The translations under genes and the position numbers were made by a program. DNA of 64,000 nt. Origin: Basidiobolus meristosporus CBS 931.73 (Eukaryota > Fungi > Basidiobolomycota). Below the pieces are notes generated by a model, which was not told the DNA's origin, made no database searches, and saw nothing but the letters and a program-made list of their open reading frames with translations. Position 1 is the first letter of the stretch; every line of letters begins with the position of its first letter. Where the stretch lies: the NCBI GenBank assembly GCA_002104905.1, contig MCFE01000301.1, positions 1-64,000 of the forward strand. The letters run 5' to 3'. Shown in pieces: positions 38,369-51,357 of the stretch.

Positions 38369-40144
38369 ATGGATCCCAGAATCAACGAAAGAGAGGCCGC
38401 TGCTTTACATGCTGCTGCCGTAACCAGAAACTACTCTCTACAGCCACGTTTGGGTATGTATCTTTCAGTGACTTGTTCCGACTATCTGGGGCTCGCCAGC
38501 TTATCTCTTTCTCCATATTAATAGACTACAGAACTGTTGCTGGTGTCAACGGTCCCTTGGTTATTCTTGACAACGTTAAGGTATTTTCGACATAACACTG
38601 GTTGTCTCGCCACGCCTCCTCCTCATGTCTCTTATTTTCTGTAGTTCCCAAAATTCGCTGAAATCGTTGAACTCACCCTGCCAGACGGCACTAAGCGCTC
38701 TGGACAGGTGCTTGAAGTTCAAGGAAAGAGAGCCGTTGTACAAGTAAGTGTACATGCTTCTTTTTCCTCAGTAAATATCTTTCTAACTCTTCGCTCAGGT
38801 CTTCGAAGGCACCGCTGGTGTTGATGCCCGTGCCACTCATGTTGAATTTACTGGTGATACCCTCAAGATGCCTGTCTCAGAGGACATGTTGGGTCGTATT
38901 TTCAACGGTTCCGGTAAAAGTATTGACAAGGGTCCTAAGGTCTTTGCTGAAGAGTTCTTGGACATCGAAGGTTAGCTTTACCACGTGCCAGCTTTACCTG
39001 GTTGCAGTTCTAATTCTCGAATCGTTCAATAGGATCCCCAATCAATCCCTTCTCCCGTATCTACCCTGAAGAAATGATCCAGACTGGTATCTCTGCTATC
39101 GATACCATGAACTCCATTGCTCGTGGTCAAAAGATCCCCATTTTCTCCGCTGCTGGTCTGCCTCACAACGAAGTTGCTGCCCAGATTTGTAGACAGGCTG
39201 GCTTGGTCAAGAAGCCTACCAAGGATGTCCACGACGGTCACGAAGACAACTTCGCTATCGTGTTTGCTGCTATGGGTGTCAACATGGAAACTGCTCGTTT
39301 CTTCAAACAAGATTTCGAGGAAAACGGCTCCATCGAACGAGTCACCTTGTTCCTCAATCTTGCCAATGACCCTACCATTGAGCGTATCATCACGCCTAGA
39401 TTGGCATTGACTACTGCCGAGTATTACGCTTATCAGCTCGAGAAGCACGTGCTGGTCATCCTGACCGACATGTCTTCATACGCCGACGCTCTGCGTGAGG
39501 TTTCCGCCGCTAGAGAAGAAGTGCCAGGTCGTCGTGGTTACCCAGGTTATATGTACACAGATTTGTCCACCATTTATGAACGTGCCGGTCGTGTAGAGGG
39601 GCGTAATGGCTCCATCACGCAGATCCCCATTCTGACCATGCCAAACGATGATATTACGCATCCTATTCCCGATTTGACTGGTTACATTACCGAGGGCCAG
39701 ATCTACGTCGATCGTCAACTCCACAATCGTCAAATCTACCCACCCATCAACGTTTTACCCTCTCTTTCTCGTCTGATGAAATCGGCCATTGGCGAGGGCA
39801 TGACCCGTAAGGATCATGGCGATGTGTCCAACCAGCTGTACGCCAAGTATGCCATCGGTCGTGATGCCGCCGCGATGAAGGCGGTCGTTGGTGAGGAGGC
39901 CCTTAACCAGGAAGATAAGCTCTCCCTGGAGTTCCTAGATAAATTCGAGAAGACCTTCATTGCTCAAGGCCACTACGAGTCCAGAACCATTTTCGAATCG
40001 CTCGATCACGCCTGGTCGCTCCTTCGTATCTTCCCCAAGGAGTTGCTTAACCGTATCCCCCAAAAGACCTTGGCCGAGTTTTACCAGCGTGACCGCAAGA
40101 ACAAGGGCAACAAGGGCACTGTGGATAACGAGGTGGAGGCGTAA
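38369..40144 (+). CDS. VMA2: V-type H+-ATPase V1 subunit B
   Basis: [84 protein letters not shown]. Confidence 0.99.
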
Positions 40145-40425
40145 TTTAGGTTGCGAATCGCTACTGCCACTGTGTTTGCATTGTGTATTTTTCCTGACCA
40201 GCAAATGATTTTCCCAACCTTTGCCAATAATATATCCATCTGTCCTCAATATTCACTCTAATATATATGGTTAATAAACTCATCAAGTATATGTATGCAT
40301 GTGGACATTGATTGAAGGAGTTGACCTCGAATCATCCATCACACCACTCGAGCGCTCCTTAGTTACCCAATATTTATTGCGTCCCAGTTTCTTCCTGGTA
40401 AGGAAATCTCATCTCCTCTTGGCCC

Positions 40426-41833
40426 ATGATTGGCCCGCTCTGTTATACTATGTATTCGTTATATTGTTCGAAGAGTCCATCGCAACAACCAAGTGTGCCT
40501 TTGAAACCAAACCAGGATTTGCCACAAGAATCGTACGATATTTATTACCAACCAGCGGACTTTGATATCAACCTACATGTCTTTTTCCTTCTAGCCCTTG
40601 AAACACATCCACTCCTTGCAAGATACCAGGCTGCGAGGCTAGAGCTTGCCGGTTATTCTTTCAACTCCCTCATACAATATGTTCCTAAAAGTACCAACAT
40701 GCAACCAGGTGGTTTGTGTGGGTTTAGTCATTACCTTAGTGTTGGGTCTACCCTCCTCCTCATTACTAGTTCGACGTGCGGGTAGGTGTGCCAGCTAGCA
40801 GCCCTCGGAATATCTTTTTAACCGGCTTACTGTAGACAACACTACCTGCGGCCCGAATATCTATTGTTTACCTCGAGCCAACGACACTTGGACGATGTCG
40901 GGTGTAGGCGTGATACGGTGGAATTCTGTATACCCCACCTTTTTGGTGCAGGGATACGTCGACATACGGCTCTACGATGTCACTGACTTGCGAAACCCCG
41001 TCCTGGTGCAGTTGAACACGACCAACGGGGACGGTTACAGGTCCCTCTATCTGGACCCAGATCTGCAGCCGCCCATATTCGCGCCGATGATGAACCGCGC
41101 AGCCAACGCTACGGTCATCAAGATATTCCGGCTGCTGATCACCGTTGCTGGAGACGATATCACTAACAAAGAGTACGGGCCATTGTTTTTCATTCAAGGT
41201 ATCGTTGTCTTGCCTTCCTTTCAAATGGGATCATTCTAGTGACCTTCTCCCAGAGCCACCCACCGCGGTCAAAGCAGTCACCGAGGCTTCCCCAGCCCCA
41301 AGCACTACCAGCATTACCCCGACCGTGACCCTCTCTTATCCAGTGATATCAACTCCCGTGCCTGCTCAAAATCCCATCCGCAACGGAAGTCAATCCCAAG
41401 GTATTTCGCCTGGTGCGATTGCCGGGATCTCCGTGGGATGTGTTGCCGTCCTGGTGGCGGCGGGAATATATCCTTTTTGCGCCGTAATTGTCCAGCATCT
41501 GTGAAATCTGACCCTTATCCTTAACTGCCCACTGCCTTGTTGTATCGCCGTAAACATCACAGGAGGTCTCGGGTCAAAGGCGCCAGTGCAAAAGGTACAT
41601 CGCGAGATGATTTTCTGGGCGGCACAGCACCGGCGGGAAAACCCCCTCGACGATTTAACTCGCTTCGTCTTACTGCCAACGATGCTCGCCTGATTGCTGA
41701 AACCTATCGAAGAATCCTACGTAAACCGAGCTGGGGAAACCCAGAGGATGAGGCAATCCAAATGAGGTCAGGTTACTCGCCCGCCTCCTCCCTTCACGAG
41801 GAGACACCTTCCAATAAGTCATGTGAACTGTAG
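40426..41833 (+). CDS. single-pass membrane protein with beta-rich ectodomain and S/T/P stalk (Mid2-like topology); 5' end uncertain
   Basis: Exons IRWNSVYPTFLVQGYVDIRLYD..YGPLFFIQ, an S/T/P-rich stalk, a TM segment GAIAGISVGCVAVLVAAG..LLY followed by RRKHHRR, and a cytoplasmic tail. Confidence 0.65.
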
Positions 41834-42035
41834 AAAAGACCCCAAGGCTAGTTGAGCGTTGTTAATACCACTCATGCCCGCTCAAGCAGCTTGAACCTAA
41901 CGCAATATATACCAACGCATCCATAGTCGCCTTTTCTATTCTATATAATGATGCGCATTTTATTTACAATCAAAACTGTCTAGTGTATAATTAATGCAAA
42001 CCCAAGAATCTATTCTAGAAATCAGTGATTTACTA

Positions 42036-44213
42036 CTAAAACGGCACGTAGTCTAGCGCTGGTCCAACGGATTCTTGTTTGATTAGATTCTGCTGGCGTT
42101 CCAATAGCTCGTTCTCAAGGTCCTGGATACGTCGATTAAGTGCTAGGAATAGGATTGACCTGGGCAGACTAGTTGCTGTTTGCGATAGATCGATGGCCAC
42201 TAATGATGCGAACGGTTTAGCCACATGTCGTTCCAGCTTCGTCGAATATGATGATATCAGATTCATAGTTAAAGTTACTCACCAGAATTCTCGGTCATCC
42301 CACTCAGTCTTCTATTATTGAACCAACCGCGGAGTGCATGTAACGTTAAATCCATACGGTTAGCGAGCTCGATGATCTGTTGGTGGTTGGGATACGGTGT
42401 GAGTTCATAAACTTTTTCCAGCTCCGCCACAACTTCCGGGCCGAATAGTAAGAATCCATCTCTTCGGTTCTCCAATTCGGACTTGCGGTCACGACGACGA
42501 AGCTCCTTGAACCATCGCTCGATATTCTACGGGAAAGAATGTCATTGGATGCATTAATAATAAGCACCTTCGTAGTCACCTCGACAGGACCGCATACCTT
42601 GAATGTCTCATTGTACTGGTCTGCGAGGCCTTGTATCATCTCTCGAGATGGGTATTTCACTTTTTTGTGCATTTCCTCTACAGCCATATGCAGAGGGTCA
42701 TTGTACTCGCCCACTCTGGACTGCCGTTCACGAAACCAGGCATTAATCTTAAGATAATCGATCCCAAGCTGCTCAGCCAACTCTCTACGTTGAATAGAAG
42801 TGGGGTATCCATGGCACTCTTCGTAGAGCTTGCTCATTGCTTCCACAACGTGATCTGGAAACCTGGCCAGCCTGGTAGCTTTCTTGTTTCTAGGCTTGGT
42901 ACTCTTTTCCGTAAGTTGTCTCTTTTCTGGAACAATCTTCGGATGCGGATTCGATGGGTGTTGATAAACATCAATCCCTCTATCTCGATCTTCAGCACGA
43001 CGCTTATAAAACCAGTGCAATACTGACTAATACAGAGATTAGTCCAGTGCACTCTCGTATTCACGCACATGTATGTATTCTACCTTTTCACTTCGTTTCA
43101 AGTGCTCTGCAAGCTCCTTTAACTGCTCAGGGCTAGGAAACGGCGTTTGTTCGTAATAGTCGTGCAGCGTTTGTATTGCTTCCGGAGTATATTTGACTAA
43201 TAAAGGCTTGATCTCGATGCCATTGCTTCTGTCACGATCGCGCCGCTTGGAAAACCAGCGCTTGATTCTCTGAATTCAGCAGCATAGTTAGAATCTTGAA
43301 TCGTTCGCCAACTCAATGCAAACACCAACCCGTAAAGTAACGTTGTTTTCGCTAGCAATTTGCTCCATCACCGGAACTGGTGGGTAGACAGTCTCTGCAT
43401 AGACTTTTTCACACGACTCCTCGAGTTTCTCCAAGTCGCATGCTGGAGCACTGCAAACTACTGGAGAAATGATTTCCGCACCTTTCTGACGTAACTGGTT
43501 TCGTCTATTCGTAAACCACAAGATGATTTTCTGAACACATTCGAGTAGGTTTAGACAGGTGTGTCGGTTTGTAAAACAGATGGGTTGAAGAAATCACATC
43601 CTACCTTTCTATCCACCCCCAGCTTGTGAGCAAGCCGTGTATAGTCTTGTGTTGAATGGTATTTACTCTGTTGGAAGATGGGTTCGAGGTAAAAGGCAAG
43701 AGAGGATTTTTTGCTGGTATCAATGGGTTCGTGATAGGAGGGAGTCAAGTAATCGACGCGTTGTTTGGTTTTTGAGTAATACAGTTTCCAAAAATCTCGC
43801 ACTACTTTCGGGTCTATGTCTATCTCTTTGGCAACCGCCGTCAGTTGCTCGTCAGTGGGGGAAGCGGTGGCCAAAATGAAGGCTCGAATTTTTTCCACCG
43901 CACCAGAACTCAGGTATTTTTCATCGTTCCTAGCGGCCTTCCTTCGTCGGTTTCTGAACCAGCTTCTTGTGGGCTTAAGGAAAAGTCAGTAAGTGACGGT
44001 ACTGTAAACGCAGTGTCGGCCGACTGGTGCATATACCTCCTGTTCTATGGAGCAATCCTCGCAGACCACACTGTATTCATATTGACTGGGGTATGGGTTG
44101 CAACTGTAGTACTCTTCTAGACGTTCCCGTAAATCTCGGTCCAAGTGACGCGTGATGGAGTTTTTGGCAGTTTTTTTTTGTGCTTCGGGGCTGACTTCTG
44201 CTTCAGAAGGCAT
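42036..44213 (-). CDS. multi-homeodomain protein (8 tandem homeodomains + C-terminal coiled coil, ~570 aa)
   Basis: Introns at 43974-44036, 43531-43604, 43270-43329, 43027-43083, 42527-42597 and 42143-42282 give a continuous frame. Helix-3 signatures are WFRNRR, FWKLYY (degenerate), WFTNRR, WFSKRR, WFYKRR, WFRERQ, WFKELR and WFNNRR, most preceded by an (Y/F/S)P-type loop (YH in HD3) and L-x(3)-Y/F helix-1 patterns. Confidence 0.9.
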
Positions 44214-44875
44214 TCTATAATTTGGTTAAAAGAGATATACTCGATCCATTTAATCTATTCCGATTCCTGGAGCACACGTTCCTTTTTTTTCTTTTTTCTA
44301 CCGATTTTTCTGAACATATTTGATGACTGTGATTTGGAACGGGGCGGTCCTAAGCCTCAGGTGTGAATGTGTGCCATGGCAATTCTGTGGAATCGAACAT
44401 AATGCCATCTTACAGGTTCACTTGAGATAAGCTGATGTAGTGGGTGGTTACATGTGTGGAAGATTTAAGTGATTGTTTAGCTGATGCGTTTGATTTCCTT
44501 TGTACTTCATATTACAACTGCTATGCGTTCCAACATTCTGTGGTGGCACGTGGTGATATAATCCAGTACTATTCTAATTATATGCTAGACCGAGCTGGGG
44601 AATCATGTCCCCCCTGCTCTCTCCTTTCATTCTCCCCCTTGTTTGATCCCGGCAAAGCAATCAATATGCCAATTCTACAGCTTCATTGCTGCGCTTTCTG
44701 GTTCCTTTCTATTGCTGGGTTATCCTCCTTCCACGTTCCTAAAACATCCACCTCGTCACCGCATTTTTTGCTTTTGGTTTCCCGCTAAGCATTCTACCCT
44801 CGACTTGTTCAGACTCCACGAAAGCAACGCTTCAGTAATATTCACTGCTTGGTCAGCTGTTCGACATTTATTATC

Positions 44876-45632
44876 ATGCGTGAATATAAATTGGTGGTTC
44901 TTGGCTCTGGTGGTGTTGGTAAATCCGCATTGGTAAGCGTCGGGACCAACTTTTCCTCCGTTGAATACCATGCGGGCCCTGCTGAAGATGGTTTACTTAC
45001 GGCTTATCGTTTGTCAAACACTTATCTAGACCGTCCAATTTGTACAATCAATATTCGTTGAGAAATACGACCCGACTATCGAGGATTCTTACCGAAAGCA
45101 GGTAGAAGTGGACGGACAGCAATGCATGTTGGAGATTTTGGATACTGCTGGTACAGAGCAGTTTACCGCCATGCGAGATCTTTACATGAAGAACGGGCAA
45201 GGCTTTGTGCTGGTTTATTCCATCACCTCTATGGCCACTTTCAATGACTTGGCCGAGCTACGGGAGCAAATTGTTCGAGTAAAAGACACTGAGCAGGTAA
45301 GCCGAATGAGCTACTCTTATCCCAACCACCGTAGCTACCATATTTGGAAGCCACTCGCCACCTATAGTATATCCAATTAATGTAGCTTTTGTGGTTGGAT
45401 CTAGGTTCCTACAGTGCTGGTTGGAAATAAATCCGACCTGGAGGATGATAGATGTGTTTCTCGCGAGGTTGGCGCCGAGTTGACACAACACTGGCCAGGG
45501 GCCACTTTCTTCGAGACATCCGCCCGTAAAAGAATCAATGTTGATGAGGCGATTTTTGACCTGGTGCGACAAATTAACCGCCAAAATCCTGGGCGCTCGG
45601 ATAAGCGTAAAAAGAAGTGCATTATTCTTTAG
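44876..45632 (+). CDS. RAP1: Ras-family GTPase Rap1 (Rsr1/Bud1 orthology group)
   Basis: [73 protein letters not shown], and the CAAX box CIIL. Confidence 0.97.
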
Positions 45633-46050
45633 AGCTCCCCTGGTCCTTGCATCCCCACTTTACCTACCCTCACACCCAGTCATTGGCTTTAGTTTCCATC
45701 CAACTCTTGCCTCATTCCATTCAGTTATATATGCAAAAGAGATCGCACACGTGTCATCAGCCTGTGTGTGAGCCATTAGCCCATTTTGTTTCAGTAGTAT
45801 CAATCTACACTCCACCTCCTATTACTAGCATTTAATGTTTCTTTATATCCGTGTTTCCGGTCTTTAAGATGGGAGGTCGCACAACCATTAATATATGGGT
45901 GAACCATTCTAATAATTCCTTATTTTGCTGTATCATGAGGTTATTTACAATATAACAGTGAGGCCACAAAGCAGCTTACAATATTCCGCGATGATTATCT
46001 AGGATGTATGTTATGAGTCCAAGTAGCGTACCTGACAAGATGGACTCCTG

Positions 46051-48227
46051 CTAATGATAGGCCAAGGTGTCGATCAATTTGTAGTTGCTGATACTGTCAA
46101 GAACCCAATTGGCGAAAACTACTTCGCAAGAGTACTGCTCTCTGTATTTGTTTTTTGTTCGCATCGATGTTTTGTTGTCACATATCACCCGGACCTGTTG
46201 GTTATTCGCAGGAGGCCACCTGTCCAGTACGGTGGCTCCACCCGCATTCAACAGCATTATCAGATCGTCCCGAGCCGGCTGTTTGAACTCACCAGCCAAG
46301 AAATATTGTTGCCCTTGAAACAAGCGAGGTTCCTGCAGCGAAACAGAGCTGTCAATATCGGATCACAGAAGCTAGCCATCTCCATAAGTTACCTGCTTCT
46401 TGATGCTCTGACGAGCACGTCTAGGCCCATAGTTTGAAAAATGTTCATCCCCAATAATCTCGTAGGCATCCTCTTCAAGCCATTCGTTACGCTTGAGCGA
46501 ATCCTCAACCCCTGCTCAAATTAACCTTCATTAGATGCTTATCAAAGAAACACAGACTCGCACGATCGTTACATTGGTAGCTTACAAGCCAGCGTCCATG
46601 CAATATGGCCAAGAAATATTTCATGGTACGCCTGGAGGTCCCTTTGACTAACAAAAAACTCAGTCCCGTCAAGCAAGGAACCCAAATGGATATAGAAATA
46701 CCTGCTTCGGTGACCAAGTGGGTGACATCTTTCTTAAACTCCGCGACGACGGAGGCATGCAACTTCTTCGCGGTGGAGTTCAGCTTTTTCTTGAAAATTA
46801 CACAATGTTAATCCACATCGGTGATGCTTGGCTGACGTTGAGAATAGATTGACATACAGTTTGTGAGGCTTTAAGCATTGTTCCCAAGATGACGGGCATT
46901 TCTGGGGGATCTTGATTTTGGGAGGTTACTTCGGAAGAATCGAATAGGTCTGGTGACGAGCATCTGGTGTCTGAAGGTGATCCTGCCATTGTATCCTGCG
47001 TGTCGTTCTGAAGTATGCTCTTTGGTGATGCTTCATCTATTATTGTTGACTTATCGGTGAGTAAACATATAGAGTAGAAGAAGTTGTCAGAACCTACTAT
47101 TAAGCTCAGCTAGAACAACATCGACATCCGATACTAGCTGCTGCAACAACATAAGATTCTAAACAGATGGTGAATTCAGTAAAGTACAATGCCAATACTC
47201 AATAGCTGTGTATCTGCTCACCTGTGTGGAGGGCTCTACTTGCGATGCATCGATGTCTACTGATAGGCTTGGCTCATATTGCATATGTGCTGCATGATTA
47301 AGATTCTTAGTAAAGCGTGCGATGAGCGCTAGCTACCAAACTTACGAGAGTTGCTGTTTTTTTCTGCAAACAACGATTTATTGGTAAGACGAGGCTGAAT
47401 TTCAGGTGTCAGATTGAAGGACATACCTGATGAGGACATCAAAGCCTTTCTTTTGGAGTTTTCAGCCTTGACCACAACTTTGCTCTTCTTACGTTCTCCC
47501 GATGTAGGCTGGTATATTGACAGTAAGTCAAGTTGAAAAGAAACATATATCTTGAGACACCATCGCTTTGGTACCTGCTCACTGTCTGTCGCATCCAATT
47601 TTGCTTTTCCTTTGTTTTTACCACGCCTCCTTTTTTTGACCGGGCTACATACGCCCCCGTTATCATTCGTATCCTCTTCCTCTTTTGACGGATACGGGTA
47701 TGCTTGAGAAAGGTTGGGGATCGGATCACAATGCCACTCGCTGTGTTGCTTTTCTTGAGAGAGTGCTACATAACATGTTACCTTATTGAAAGCCTCATTG
47801 AAACGGTAAGGTTGACTGCTTACCAGCACCGGTCAGCTCTTCATACGAGTCCAATAATTCTTGGTAGGCTTCGGCCAGTTCCCCGGTATCCTCCATCTTA
47901 TTTAAACCTCTCTTGGTGATCGGGGTCTTGCAAAGTGGACAAGTAGCGAGATTCATTTGAAGTGAATGGTGTATGCACTCTTCGCAAAATAAGTGATTGC
48001 ATTGTGTCGAATAAGGATTACGTAGAATCCCCAAACTAACGCAAAATAAGTGGCCCTGAGTTAACATGCAGCACGTAAACACTATTTTCATTTGGTTCTT
48101 ATGAACACTACCATATAGGACAATTAAGCTCTGCTGCCATTCGGCGCAATATGCCGCTTATTGTTTTTGGGATTTCTTCAGTAAAGATACCCGACTGTGA
48201 GGGCAGGACATCTTGGTCAAGAGACAT
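46051..48227 (-). CDS. BRCA1/BARD1-family protein: N-terminal RING + tandem C-terminal BRCT
   Basis: ILRRMAAELNCPIC/LGILRNPYSTQCNHLFCEECI..CPLCKTPITKRGL. BRCT1 is PVILGTML..AEFKKDVTHLV..RTMKYFLAILHGRWLVSYQW and BRCT2 is FQGQQYFLAGEF..DLIMLLNAGGATV..WVLDSISNY. Confidence 0.88.
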
Positions 48228-48590
48228 TGCATTAACTCTCGAATTGTTTTGGTCTTTCCAGCGTAAATACAAAAACACAATGAACCACGGTTCTTTGACA
48301 AGTGATTCCAACCAATGTAATTATATAACCAAATATTTGGTAAAATCGGTAGCAACAGTCAATGCTCAATACTGTATTCCTGAACTGTGAAGTGCTGCGT
48401 ATTTGAATCAGCCATGTCATGCTAGTAGTAATAAAATGAATGAAAATTCTAGGAAACATCCTCGAATCACGGTTTCATAAAAAAATCCTCTGATTTTTTG
48501 TAATCTCGCGATGCTAATATCACATCAAGTCATAGTAATAGCGTTCACGCTTAATATTTCCCTTGTCTATCAAGAGTATTTCTTGTTGAG

Positions 48591-51164
48591 ATGCCGGGGC
48601 AAAACCTCAGAAGTGCCGACGATAATGTAGAGGGATCCTCTCTGTTCATGATCGTATCCTTTTTTGTTTCGCGTGAACTAATTAGCGTATCGCAACTGCC
48701 TGTTTATATGTTTGTCCCTTAACCGTGTTTTACAGAGCGAGGAGGATATTGCCTATGAGGAAGATCTTCTACGGAACCCCTATACCCTTAAGGGCTGGCA
48801 AAGATATTTGGAGCATAAAAGTAATTCCTCTCTCCAGCATAAGATTTTCATCTACGAAAGAGCGGTCAAAGAGCTTCCTGGCTCCTATAAGCTATGGAAG
48901 GCATATCTAGATCTGAGGCGCTCAATCCTCAAGGGTAAGAATCCAGTGAGCTTTGCTCCCGCGTATGAGAAGGTGAACAATTGTTTTGAGAGAGCTTTGG
49001 TCCTTTTGCACAAGGTACGTCATTATGATGAATCTGCCAACCGATTCGAGTCCTAATGTTCGCTTTGATAACATAGATGCCCCGCATCTGGTTAGATTAT
49101 TGCCATTTCTTGATCAACCAAGGCTATGTCACAAAAACGCGTAGAGTGTTCGATCGTGCCCTTCGTGCCCTCCCAATAACTCAACACGCAAGAGTATGGG
49201 AGCTGTACTTGAGATTTGCCCGTCTGGTTGGTGGTGAAACTGCTTTACGTGTTTACAAGCGCTATCTTCAACTGGAACCCGATCATATCGAAGAATACAT
49301 CGACCTACTCATTTCCATGAAACGCTATGACGAGGCCACCTCTAGGCTTGCTGTGATAGCTAATGACGATAAATTCCAGTCATTGCAAGGAAAGTCGAAG
49401 TACCAACTGTGGATGGAGCTTTGCGACATCGCCTGTAAATACCCAACCGAAATCAAGACACTAAACATCGAGCCTATCATTCGGGACGGAATCAAACGCT
49501 TTACTGATCAGACAGGCAAGCTGTGGAATTCGTTGGCCAGATACTGGATAATGCAGAACCAATTTGAGAAGGCCAGGGACGTTTATGAAGAGGGTATCAA
49601 TGTGGTCATGACTGTCCGTGACTTCACTCAGATCTTTGACGCGTACGCCGAGTTTGAGGAGTCGGTGATTACTTCGAAGATGGAGTTGGTTGCCGAGCGA
49701 GCGGAGGATGGTGAGCAGGATCCAGAGGAGGATTTGGATCTTGATCTAAGACTGATGAGGTTTGAAAAATTGATGGACAGACGGCCATTCCTTGTGAATG
49801 ACGTTCTCCTTCGACAAAACCCCAACAACGTCAACGAATGGGAAAAGCGGGTTGCTTTGTGGAAGGATAACGCTGAGAAGGTGGTTGAGACGTATACAAC
49901 AGCGATCGCTACCATTAATCCAAAGAAGGCTGTCGGCAAGCTTAATCAGCTGTGGGTCAACTTCGCCAAGTTTTACGAGAAGGGTGGCAACTTGGAAACT
50001 GCGCGAGCCGTGTTCGAGAAGGGTGTGCTGGTGAACTTCAAGTCTGTGAATGACCTGGCCGACCTCTGGTGTGAGTATGCCGAGATGGAGCTCCAGCATG
50101 AAAACTTCGACAGAGCAGTTGATATCATGGGCCGAGCCACTGCTCCACCAAAAAACACCAGAGTCAGTTTCCACGACGAGTCAATACCTGTCCAGTCGCG
50201 TGTTTTCAAGGCGCTGAAGCTTTGGTCATTCTATGTCGATCTTGAAGAGAGCATCGGCTCGATTGAATCCACTCGAGCCGTTTACGATCGTATTTTGGAC
50301 TTGAAAATCGCAACGCCACAAATCATCATCAATTATGCCGCCTTCCTGGAAGAAAACAAATACTTTGAAGAGAGCTTCAAGGTGTATGAGCGCGGAGTCG
50401 AGTTGTTCAACTATCCGGTGGCATTTGAAATCTGGAACATCTATCTTTCCAAGTTTCTTTCCCGCTTTGGCGGCTCTAAGCTCGAGCGCGCTAGAGATCT
50501 GTTCGAACAGGCTTTGGAGAAATGCCCGGCCAAATTTGCCAAGCCGCTTTATTTGATGTATGGCAAGCTTGAGGAGGAGCATGGCTTAGCCAAACATGCC
50601 ATGAAGGTCTATGATCGTGCCACCAGAGCGGTCTCTGATGAAGACAGATTCGAGATGTTCAACTTTTACATTGCCAAGGCTAGCGCATCCTTTGGAATCG
50701 CATCCACCAGAGAGATCTACGAACGCTCCATCGAGGTTTTACCAGACCATCACGCCAGAGATATGTGCATGAGATATGCCGAGCTGGAAGTCAAGCTTGG
50801 AGAAATCGACCGTGCCAGGGCCTTGTATGCGTATGGCTCCCAATTCTGCGATCCTCGTGTAAGTGTTTGTGATTTGGGCTTTTTCCCGCGACGTACTGAC
50901 GTTTTTGCACTATAGATCGTACCTACATTCTGGAAGACCTGGGAGACGTTCGAGGTTAATCATGGTAATGAGGATACCTATAAGGAGATGCTCCGCATCA
51001 AGAGAAGTGTCCAAGCACAATACAACACAGAGGTCAACTTTATCTCCGCTCAAATGATTGCCTCTCGCCAACAGCAAAAGCAAGAATCGGCGTCACAAAC
51101 ACCAGCAAACCCTGAAGAGGCAGCTGGGTCTGGTGAGATCGCCATTGATGATATGGATCTTTAG
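48591..51164 (+). CDS. SYF1: pre-mRNA splicing factor Syf1 (XAB2, HAT repeats)
   Basis: [89 protein letters not shown]. Confidence 0.97.
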
Positions 51165-51357
51165 CATCGTCTCTCCCCATCTAGTTATGTTTGTTACATC
51201 TATTTAGTTTAAGTCCCCTCTAAATGCAAACGCAAATTCAATTACATAAAATCCGCTGTAAAATAGAATATTCAAAACCTCCCCAACAAGGATAGCGCGA
51301 CACCAGCGATATCTAATTCCAATGAACGGTCTATATTTTGGGTTGGAATGCTTTCCA

